From: Monocercomonoides exilis PA203
Lineage: Eukaryota > Protista > Preaxostyla
DNA: 64,000 nt
NCBI GenBank assembly: GCA_001643675.2
Contig: LSRY02000012.1
Coordinates: 1,178,001-1,242,000 of the forward strand
Direction: 5' to 3'
Below are positions 40,075 to 51,500 of the stretch, one piece after another. The notes below the pieces were generated by a model. That model was given only the letters and a program-made list of their open reading frames with translations. It did no database searches and had not been told where the DNA came from. The stretch's first letter is position 1, and every line of letters begins with the position of its first letter. The position numbers and the translations under genes were made by a program.

Positions 40075-42771
40075 TCATCCTTCTGAAACTCTCTTTAATT
40101 TATCTTGACTGTCAGAAGGAGAGGCTTCATCCATTTCTTGAAATACGTGACTATTTTTCGCTCTTGTCGTTTGATTTTGATCAGATTCATCTTTTTCAGC
40201 TGAGTTATTTTCTTGATCTTTTTCTTTTTGGGATTCTTTTTGCATCAGCATCATTTTCTGCCTTCTTTTCAATTTTTCTTCTTCTTTTCTCTTTTTTTCT
40301 TCTTCCCTATGCCTCGACATCATCAATGCGCACCAGGGATGGTTTAACGCTTCCTGGGCAGATATTCTCTTCTTCACATCAACCTGAAGCATCTGCTTAA
40401 TGAGATCCTTAGCTTCATCTGATACTTTTGTCCATTCGTCTGCAATAAACGGAATATTTCCACTCATTATTTGCTCAAACAAGGGCTTTCTCGTCACTTG
40501 CTCAAAGTCTTCACTGAATGGTGGATGTTGTGTCAGCATCACATGGAGAAGAATCCCCAGTGACCACACATCCAGCTTCAATATGTCTTCCTTTGTGGAC
40601 TGTGCATCTGCCCCAGAAGATTGCGATGTCGGCGAAAGAGACGAAGAAGTCTGCGACTGATGCATCGCAGCTACATCCTTTTTCTTGAACTTGTTTGCAC
40701 GCTCAACTGCACCGTATGCACAATATATCTCCGGCGCAATAAACTCAGGTGTTCCACAGAAAGTCTTTCCAGAGGTGATAATCAGCGCCGATGGATGGTG
40801 ATGCCCCTGGTTCATTTTCCCTTCTTTTGAATGCTCTGTGCTTTTTGTGTCTGAATATTGCTGTGTCTCTGTTTGTGAACCTCCACTGTTTGTATTCTCA
40901 CCTTCCTCTGGCTCCACAAACCGTGCTATTCCGAAGTCAGCCAGCTTTGCGATGAGCCGCATCCGCTTCCCTGTGTCTGGATCGCGGTAAAACAGGCACT
41001 GGGGAAACTTGAGACGAGGGGAAGAAGTAGCAGGCCTTGGCGGAGACAACAGCAGAGAAGATGTGTGTGTGCTGTCTTGTGCCTGTGAAGTCGCAGGATG
41101 CACCTGCGGAGAGAGAGACGGGGTGAGGTTGGATGGAGACCCAGCTGCGATGGCTGTGAGTGTCGAGGGAGATAAAAGGGACGTGTTGGAGACTGGAGAT
41201 GTGGGCGACTGGGGAGAGCTGATTGCTGATTGTTGAAATGAGGTTGAGATAGAAGGCACAGAAGGCGATGATGTTGATGGTGATCCTGTCAGTGCTGTCG
41301 AATGAAAAGGCGTTTGCGGCGTAAGTTTTGTCTTGTCTATCTCATCTTCTTTTTCTTTGTCCTCGAAAGCTCTTTTCACTTTCTTCATCGGAAATTCAGT
41401 GTCTATTGAGTTAACTGCTTGCTGACTGCGGTTCTGGTTCTTTCTTCTCCTTCTTTCTTCTCTGCTTTCCTTATCATCCCCATCGATGCTCCCGTCTTCG
41501 TCAAAGTCATCGAGCGAGTCGTCGTCTGACGATAGTTCCTCGTCTTCAGCGACTTCTTCTTTTTTAAACAGAACATTGCCTGGCTTGATGTCGCGGTGGA
41601 CAATCCCCTTCGAGTGGCAATAGGCCACAGCCGACAGGATTTGGTAGAATGTTGGAAAACAGACTGACTCCGTCAGCGCCTGTTGAGACAAAGGCTCGAG
41701 AAGGTCGTTCCCATTCAAACTGCATAGAAATGAATGATGAATATATGATAATATATATTATTAAATAATAATAATAATAATAATAATAATAACTGCTTTT
41801 TGTAAATATCATAAAATACAAACTATTCCATAACAATGTAAGCTTTTTTATCTCCCTCCAATCCTTCTTCAACTTGCGTAATATTTGGATGTCCTCTTAA
41901 ACACTTCATTACTTCATATTCAGCAAGAAAAGGTGAATTCTTTGAATCTTCATTATCATTTCGATCAAAATCTTGATTTTGTTCCAAACTATGATCTTCC
42001 GTCTCTCGCTGATATCTAGGGTTCATCCTTGCCATTTGTCGGTATTTCTTTTTATCCAATATTTTCACAGCATATGGAATTCCCGTAGTTTTTTTAATAG
42101 CAAGTCTAACCTCAGCAAATGATCCTGTTCCAAGTGATGTCTGTGGTAAGTACTTTGAAGTGAAGCAAGGATCAAGAGCTGATTGTGGAGATGGATATAG
42201 AGAAGGCATCATTGAAAAAAGTTGGCATTTAAAATAGTAGAATAATGGATCTATTTAAAAAATAGCAAATTTTATAATGAAAATATCGTGTTATCATTAA
42301 AAATTCTCAAACATTTATCAGTTAAAGAATTTGGATTTGTAAGTGCAATGCTGTCTCCATCAGAAATGAGAGTATGATTACCTTTTCCAATTTTTCTTCT
42401 ATTAACATATGTTCCATTGGTACTTTTGTTATTTAATAAATTTGAATTGTTGAAATTATAACAAATATTTGCTTAAAATACCTCAAATCTTTGAGATAAA
42501 TGTTATTTCCTTGTGTTTCTTCCATCATTAATGAAATTGTACAATGCAATCCACTCACTCTTGGATCCATTACATGAATCATACATGAGCTGCTTCGACC
42601 AATTGTAACTTCATTTTCAATTAAATCAGCTTTGCGTAAAATTGGATTAAGAGGCACTAATTGACCCCAAATTTTTCTATCTGGGGTTAGTGTGCATGAT
42701 TCCTCATCGAGCCTTTGAGTTTCGGTTTTCATAGTGCATGATGCATCAAACTGAGGAGAAGAATAATCCAT
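40075..42771 (-). CDS. FHA-domain Ser/Thr kinase, Chk2/Cds1/Mek1-like (CAMK group), multi-exon
   Basis: FHA: TIGRSSSC...VSGLHC...DLSTNGTYVN; kinase: LGTGSFAEV, AVKILDK, HRDIKPGNVL, DFG, TFCGTPEFIAPE, DVWSLG, SDEAKDLIKQML...RISAQEALNHPW. Confidence 0.85.
41764..41792 (+). repeat. (AAT)n intronic microsatellite
   Basis: About 9 AAT units in the kinase intron. Confidence 0.85.
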
Positions 42772-42930
42772 CTGATTATTTATTTTTTGTTATGGGTTCT
42801 TTGATTCCAAAATAGTTAACATAGATCCTATTATGTTGATATTTGTTTTGTTGAGAATTTCGAATAATGAAAATTAACTTCTTCAGTACATGTTGTTTGA
42901 AGGGACTTTTTTGTTTCTTTCGTGATGAAT

Positions 42931-43247
42931 ATTAAACAAAAGGAACTTTCCAAAAAAATTTAGACATATATTGATACGAATTGAAAAAAATTTGGACATA
43001 TGTCAAAATTTTTTTGAAAAGTTCCTTATGTTTAATTTTCAAATAAATCACAAATTTCATATTTCGATCATATTTCAGTTCATTCTCACGAAACTTCACT
43101 AAAATGGAAGAATAAACATTGTCAATATTTAGCTTTCATGACATTGAAATTTGGAAAGTTGGAACAGAAATGTGATCGAAATATGAAATTTATATCTTAT
43201 TAGAAAATAAAACAAAAGGAACTTTTCAAAAAAATAATGACATATGT
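42931..43247. repeat. Imperfect inverted repeat (arms 42996-43081 / 43162-43247, 80-bp spacer) plus a third partial copy at 42931-42969; MITE/foldback-like
   Basis: acatatgtcaaaatttttttgaaaagttcctt...aaatttcatatttcgatca is the reverse complement of tgatcgaaatatgaaattt...aaggaacttttcaaaaaaataatgacatatgt. Confidence 0.85.
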
Positions 43248-43297
43248 TTTTTTATGATCCAAAAAAAAAAAAAAAAGCTGAAAAAGGGAAAAGAAAA

Positions 43298-44860
43298 ATG
43301 CAACCAGAAATGGCGTCGATTGACAACCGCATTTATGAAAATTGACTCGAGAGGATGGCGCGAATTCTAATTGACGGAAAATCCAGGCTTGTGGATGCTT
43401 CAAACTTCGGTGAATTTTCAAAAAAACACTCATCCATTCATTGCATGCCGTAAAAAAGTGGCATGGATGTTGCCAAAGCGAAAAGGCCATCATTTCTTCG
43501 TAAGTTAAAAAAAATGAAATTGTTATTGACGTTATTAAAATTGAAGCAAAGTGTGGAACAAACGTGACAGAGAAAAAAACAAAAGAATTGGTTTGCAAAA
43601 TATTTTTTTCCAATTTATTTGATTAAAGTTAGATAGAAAATGCGATTGAAGATGTGGATTCAAAGATTTAAGAAGATGCTTCACCAAAAAAAAGAAATTT
43701 CAAAATTTGCAGCCTGTTCATTCTTGCGAAATCAAACCGAATAGAAATTACAAAAGCCAATTTTTCTGGATTCAAATCATCTTGAATCATCTTGTCAGGA
43801 CGTTTTGAAACATCGGAATGAAATGCTTGATGATTTTCTTTTAAAATACAAATACTGAAGGGAGCTGATCTTTAATGTGGATGAAACAAAACAAAGATTA
43901 TCTGATAATAGACAAAAACTTGTTGCGGCATCCTCGAAGTCTCCTTCAGCCAGTTGCCTTGCTCCTTCGAGAGTGCGAAACGCGATGCTTGTGGCTGCTG
44001 TTGCCTTGGATGGATTTTCTTTGCCCACAATTGTACTTTGGCCGAGTTCCAATATTCCAGAAGAGTTGACTCCTTTGCTATCTCCTTAACTTGATGTGTG
44101 GAGCAATGCTAACGGTTGGATGAACTTTTCTCTATTCGAACGATACTCATTGCGAGTTCTTCTTCCAGAAATATTTGAAAGAAAGAAAAGGATGAAATAA
44201 ACTGAAGAGAGATGTTTGCTATTCGAAGATTCGCACAGCTCTCGTGCAAACCCTATTATTTGGAGAAAATTTATGGAATCGAATGTGGATGTCATCACAT
44301 TTGTTTTTCACGACGCACATATTTAGCAACATCTCAATTGAGGGTGTTTTCTGTTCTTAAATTAGTTTTGAATTCATCAACAGAAATTTTACAACCTTTA
44401 ACTGCTTCTTCCAACAGAAAAGCTTTGGCAGACATCCTTCCTCAGTCTCTTAACTTTGCATCCACACAATCAGTTATTAAGAATGCCTTTGATGCAAGTG
44501 GCGTTTTATTTAAATCATCAGGACAAATTTTATAAAAATTGCCTCAACTCTCTTCATTTCCTTTCACAACTAATACAAATCGTTTTGATTTTTATTGAAA
44601 ACTGCTCACAAACGAAGATTTCTTAGAAAAAAGGGAAGAAGATATTTTAATACGAACAAGTGTTAAATGTTCTGAAGCCGAAGAAGAAAATAGAAAACAT
44701 TGAAGAAACTCTTTCATTTAAGTCAAAGAAGAAAAGAGTTTATAGAAGAATTTTGCATGATGACGTGGATAATATCAAAGAAGAAAATTCTACAGATCAA
44801 GGTTCAGGAAAAAGAAGAATTAGAAGACTATTTGACGAAAGTTTTGTTTATTTTTGCTAA
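43298..44860 (+). pseudogene. Decayed pogo/Fot1/Tigger-type (DDE_1) transposase
   Basis: WIQRFKK (CENP-B HTH end), LIFNVDET (43865-43888), NGWM (44111), LLFEDSHSSR (44216-44245), degenerate THIxQxLx-G-F; multiple in-frame stops and frameshifts. Confidence 0.85.
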
Positions 44861-45096
44861 TTGAGTCTGCATTTTTTGTATTTTATCACTTCAAAAATTT
44901 GGTGCCAATAAAAAAATGGTTCCAATAAAAACACCAACCTAAAGAAATGCTTTTATTTTCCAAGTTATTCCAGCTGTTCCTTTTTTTAAGCGATAAATAA
45001 AAAATTCTCTAGAATCTCTTTTCAAACCCTTTTCAACGAAAGAAGAACACATTTATTCAAACAAAAAACTTCTCTGTAATTATCTCAGTAACTACA

Positions 45097-45274
45097 AAAA
45101 TAAAATAAAATAAAATAAAATAAAATAAAATAAAATAAAATAAAATAAAATAAAATAAAATAAAATAAAATAAAATAAAATAAAATAAAATAAAATAAAA
45201 TAAAATAAAATAAAATAAAATAAAATAAAATAAAATAAAATAAAATAAAATAAAATAAAATAAAATAAAATAAA
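45097..45274 (+). repeat. Perfect (TAAAA)34 pentanucleotide microsatellite
   Basis: 34 uninterrupted TAAAA units 45101-45270 plus partial flanks. Confidence 0.97.
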
Positions 45275-45537
45275 CAGAACATTTACAGACTTTAATGGTT
45301 TATAAGAATTGTTTCAATTAACATCAAACAAAAATTTTTCAAACATTAAAATAGTCAAAGAACTAGTACGGAATAGAACTATACTATCCGAAATCTCAGA
45401 CTTACAGAAAATTTCTCCAATAAATCAATGAATAAAATTCATCCAAGCTATTAAAAGCAAAACATAATTAAACATTTTCATTAAATAAATATGAAATCAA
45501 AACACTAAAAAACTGACACTATAATCTATAAAATAAA

Positions 45538-48500
45538 TCACTCCTCAAGAAAAGGCTCTTGTGAATCTGAAGGAATATCAATCTGTTTTGTGGTTGTTCC
45601 GTAATCAGAAATATTGCTTGAGATAGCAGTATTTTCCTCCTTTCTCCTCATCCACCCCTGAATGTCTGCATTTATCGAAGTTAAAAGACTCCTCTTTTCT
45701 TCGTATTCAGTAAGCAGCATCTTCTTCCTCCATCGTCTTCGCACAAAAAACAATGCCACTGCAAACCCAACACCAACAACTGCTGAAGAAACAGCAATTA
45801 TAATTATCATCATCGTATCATCAACCACACCAGAATTATTTCCTTCGTTCACACGTAATGGAACTGTTGTCAAATCTTTGTTGAATGCCCTCTCAGTTGA
45901 AAACTTCAGGACAACATACACATCTGATCCATCAGCACGCTCCATTGCATCAAGAGGAAATATCGCAGAAACTGCATTCTCGTTGCCACTGTTCAATTTA
46001 TCTGCCACTGCAATTTCTACCAATTCGTCTGTAAATTTTCCTGCATTTGTCTGATTTGCGAGCAGCACCATCAAAAGATTACAGTTCAAAAGGTATTTTC
46101 CCTTCAGAGTCACTTCATATCTCTCTCCACTTTTCGCACTTGAAACATTCACAGGCTGAGGCGTAAACAAACTTGACATCATATTAGAGGGGAAACCAAC
46201 AAGCGAGCAGTTGTTGTTTTCAATCCAGAAATTCTCTGACAATTCTTCATTGCTTTCTTTAAAGATTCTGCTTTTTCCGTTCTTAGCAGTAGGCTTTGAA
46301 TAGATCGAGCTTCCAGTATCGTTGACAAGCTCAATAACCCCTTTCCCTTCCTCAGAATCATCGTTTTTGCATATAATGTTGTGTGCAACACTCGGAAACT
46401 CAGTCAATTCCACTGAATTCCCTTTCATTGACCCAACGTCAATCGATAAATAGCTGTTTTCAGAGTAAATAGCTCCCTCAAGCTTTGTTCTGAACGTTGT
46501 ATTGCGCACATATGCTAAGCTATCAACAAAACTCAAAAAAGAACTGCTCCAAAAGCAAATGTCATTTGAGTCGTCTTTCTGCATATTATCAGTTGAAGAA
46601 GACACATTCACATACAAAAAGCTGCAGCCTGCTATTTCAACATAGCTACATCTATTTGCAGCCAAAAAGAAGCCTTTTCCAGATATATGCGAATTGAAGG
46701 AGACGTTTGTGTTTACGAACTTTAGAGGAACATGAAGAGGAATCGAAGATTTCTCATCATGCGATGAATTGTTCAGATTTGAATGAGAAGAAGATAACGC
46801 CTGATGAATTGAAGATATGTTTGAGGAGTAGGATGTTGTTGTAAAAAGTGAAGTGGATTCTATGAAGTGGTTATGCGCACTGCTTTCATATGAACTTTTT
46901 TCCTTCGCTGAAAACAAAATCATCGAATTCTGATCATTTACAGTTAAGTTGTTTAAGCTGCATTCATTCAACTGCACATTCACTTTGCTTTCGTCAACCA
47001 GCTCGGAACAGTCAATGAAAAAAGATTCGCTTTTAAATAGAACTTTATTAAGATTCATCAAAGTACATAAGAGCGTTCCTGCTTCAATTTTAAATATAGT
47101 AGGAATGATCATTAATTCATTTAAAGATGAGATGGTACAGCGTTCAATTTCAAATGTTCCTTCATCATCAATTAGAAAGAGACAGCTCTCAGGCAAATCG
47201 GAACTGATTTTGGCGTTCGCGTTATTCATTTTGCACTTTCCTTTGATAACCACATGAACATCCATTTGTTCATTGCATTCGCTAAGTTTTGATTTTTGTT
47301 TAATTCCCCGCCTTTTATTCGCTTCCTGTCCGTTTTTTTCAAATAACAGCCCAGCTCCATCTGCTTCTCCTTCCACAGAAAGTGACTTCCACGTAACAGA
47401 ATCGAAGATTGAAGGCTCTCCAACAATACGAAGTGTGAGATGCTCATCTTTGTCTTCTTCTCCAAAGATTTGCATCTTTCGAATGAAATCTGGAACACGT
47501 TGAGAGGAATTTAGAACTTTCTGTGAAATTGACGATGTTGGAGATGTCAAATGTGTCATCGCATAATTCACTGTGCAGCAAGGATCGTCTTCGCTTCCAC
47601 AGAAAAAGATGTCCCAACCACTTTCCTGCTTTTCATGGACATCGTTTATACACTGTGAAAAATTGCTAGATGAATGTGAAGAAAAAGTTGAAGTTTGCTC
47701 AGTTCTACAGTTCTTCGCTAAGCTATCATATCCGCTAACATAAATAATTGAATTTCGATATGCAGCAAACTCAAGATAATCAACCATTTTACCATCTTGT
47801 TCACTTTCTGCTATGATCGAATTTTGCTCCTTCCAGAGTGGATGACGGAAATTTATCCCAAATTTCTTCAATTCGTCTTTGTTGATGATGCTTGTGCATC
47901 TGAAGAAGATGTCATTTCCAGTATTTGCTTTGTTTTCGAACATGCAAACGTCCTGAAACACAAAAGGAAACGTTGACGAATCGAATTCCAAATAGATTGC
48001 ACCTCCTTTCGTTTCCTTCTCATGAAGTTGTGTGTCTAGACTATCATTGCAAAAGGTGCAATTTTTGAATAATAGCTCGGAACTCTCTTCAGCTTCATCG
48101 TCTTCAGAAGCTGTTGAAGAATCTTTTCCGTCACGCTTTTTCCCGCTCCAGTAAATGCATCCGCCAAAAGGCTCAAAATCATCGGGACTCATAAACCCAC
48201 TTAATGATGAGTTGTGCAATTCGAGCTTTTGTCGAGCGCTTTCTCTGCTTCGAAGAAGTCGTCCTCCCAAAATTTCCTCTTTTGCGTTTCCAGAAGATCT
48301 CTCTGAATCTGTCAGATCATTCATTTTGATGAACGACAAATTCGATATCAAGATGATCTGTCTGTTCCTCTGATCCATCCATTCCGTATCTTGTCTCTTA
48401 TCTGGAGAAATAGAGATCATGTCGTGTTTAATCTTCACATTTTCTATTGAAACATCTTTCAACTGCAACAAATCTTCATCAGATACAATGTTGAACAATG

Positions 48501-51500
48501 TTGTAGTGATCAAAGTCTTATCCCCTTTAATGCTCAGATTATCGAAAGTCACATCTCCTCCTTCAATGTTAAAAAGCATATAGTCAATGGACTGTTCTTC
48601 TGCTATTGAAGAAAAGGAAATAATCATTTTTATCCACAACGAAGCACCTCTGATAACAGTAATAGCATTCTTTGTGCTGGTTGTCATTGGATGCAACACA
48701 AGATTAACTCCTTCGAATTTTACACTTCCGTTTAACAAGATTACTTCTCTCCAGCTGCTGCTGTATTTAACGTTCACTTCCACTTTCCCTGCAATCCCTA
48801 GTTCAGTCGACGAGCAGATTTCTGCCTTCTCCAAAATAGAAGGCAGCGTCAGATACGCAAGGTCAACAACAATCAACCTGCGAGGCTCGTCAAGATGAGC
48901 CCATCCATATGATAAAGAACGACACGGGAGATTGAAAGTTCCACAGCGTGTAAAATCTACTCCACGAGACGACGAAACAAATATCGTTGAGTTGCTATAA
49001 ACAGAAAGAAATTCCTTTATACTGATGCCTTTTTTATAATTCCCTATATCAAAGCCTCCAATTTGAGTTCCATCAACAGATTCGTCAACAAAGCTGAATA
49101 TCCTTTGGATATTAATATCTGGTAAGAAGTATGTAAAAATCCTCATATCTCGATATTTTTCGGCAGAATTATTGAAAAATGATAATTGGTCCAAAATTAA
49201 CGATGCATCTTTCAAAAGGCTTAATGACAATGCACCTCCACTTTCAATAGCAGAACACGATTTAAACGAGCAATTTGTGATCACAAGGCTTGCTTCTTCA
49301 TGCAATGAACAGTCAACAAAGCCACCAAACGGCGAAACAGTTGTTATCAAATTTGCAGTGATATTTCTAATAGCAACAAAGTTTAATCGAGTTAACGCTC
49401 CATTAAATAAAACAGCCTCTTCAAAATGGGCGCTGATATTTTGAAAAACACTGTCAAGTATATTAAGTCTTGTAAATGTACCAGTTGCAAAAAAATTGCG
49501 AATTGTGCCATCAGGAATTTCGCAAAAAAGACTTTCAACAATTGAGAGAGACGCATTATTAGCCAAATGGAAAAAAGAAAACCATTCAAATGTTTCTGAT
49601 GAAGATAACATTTCACGAGCAGCTGAATATCCTCCGATATTGTGAGATGGCTTGCTTTCACTGTCATACTTAAAGACTATGTGATCAAAAAAAACTGTTG
49701 AAGGGCTTTCATAATTTGTTGTAAAAAAAATAGAATCGTATGGATACATCTCCATTTTTGGACACAAAATTGTCAGATTCATCACATTGAACGTGGTGTC
49801 TGAAAGAATAAAAACTGCCCAAAACAATACGGCAAAATTATTGGTTCCAACGGAAATTACTCCACCGTTGTTTCCATCAATCTCTAAATCTATTCCATCA
49901 ATTATGCAACTTGCATCTTCAAACGTTTTCGCATCCGAATCAATTGAGAATTTAACATCTTCGCTCTTTGCAACATGAGTTAAAGCTTGAAAAACATTTT
50001 GGCATGGTAGTTTTGTTGAAGAGCCACATGCAGCATTGTAATTAGCAGTGGAGTCCAATTCAATAACGCGCCGAGCAACTTCTAGTGACTTTGATAGAAA
50101 AAAAATTTCATCAGGTTTGCTCCGTTTCATCTGAACGACTGCTCCTTCTTTCAGCTCGGACGTTTTGCACAGAGAAAAGAGCTTGAGTCCATCATCATAA
50201 TCAGCTTCACTCACAACAAAAGCATCATGCCCATATTTATCTGCCGTATTTACAGCGAAATAGCTCATATATATGCAAAACAAATCTTGGTTACACAATC
50301 GTCTATCACAGCTCAAAAATACTGCATCTGCAACAACTACGTAAATTGCTCCTCCATAATTAGCCTTACAGCTGGAAAAATCACACTCAGAAACAAGGGC
50401 CTGATCTTCAACATCCTTCAGATAAAGTCCTCCCCCACTTCTTTTTGATGCACATCCCGTAAACACACTTTGCACGCAAACTGGCTCTACTTCTTCGAAG
50501 AATTCTTCTGGATCGGAATTCCACTCTGTTTGCATTTTCATATCATTTCCTTCATGTGGAAAGTTGTTTCTTTCACGAATTTGTGAGTAATTATTTTGAT
50601 GCCATATTGTGTGATTTCCGCAAAAGTCAGTTTTTCTTTGAGGTATCTGTGATAATTTGCGCTCGAATACGACACATGCATCAGCATTCGAACTGCAATC
50701 GAAAAACAGACATTTCCTGATTGCTGGAGAACGAATGCTGATCACATGAACAGCTCCAGCAGCTGTCTCAACATTTTTATTTTCATTTTCACAGATAATA
50801 TTTTGGAAAGAAGAGTTTTCAAGTGTCACAGCCACATTTCCTTTCACAAAGATAGCTCCTCCAGACCCAATTTTGTTCTTGCAACTTTCAAAGCTGCTCC
50901 TCTTCACAGTTAGTGTAACAAGCGTTTCATCTTGTGCGTTTACAAAGATGCATTGGCCAAATTCATAACCTATAATTCTCTTCCAAATACATGAATCAAA
51001 GGTAAATTCTTTATCAACTGAAGGATCCAGTACGACTCTTTTGAGTGTTTCGTTTGTGTAGTGCTTATTTTCCCATCGAGAGCAAGAGATGTGTGTTGTG
51101 TTAAAATTATCCAACGAGCGCGCATCAGCAGAGATCGAAGGAATTAGCACGCCATCATACACGCCGTACACATGATTGAAAGCAGAATTTGAAATTGTTA
51201 TAGAGCAAGAGTTTGGCTTTTGTTCTTGCATGCTCGCATTTTGCTTTGCACTGATATTGAAAAAAGTAGAATCAAGAAGCTCCAATGTTGATTCAATTAC
51301 AGATGAAGCAAAAAATGTGGTCGATATTAAAACAGATGAAAATGATGAAGATGACACAGTAACTGAAACATAAGGATTCCAAATAGGAGAATCACTTTTC
51401 ATGAACACAAACGAATTCATTTCCATCGAATCTATCCGCGATAAAACTGAAATGTTCTTGAGCTGTAAAACGCTTCCTGTTTTGGCAAATGAGCAGCCTA

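Noticed and set aside
42880-45090. Matching terminal inverted repeats bracketing the transposase
   Set aside because: Could not find a right-end copy by eye; element boundaries undefined
45085-45282. ORF (FYFIL)n
   Set aside because: Translation of the TAAAA microsatellite
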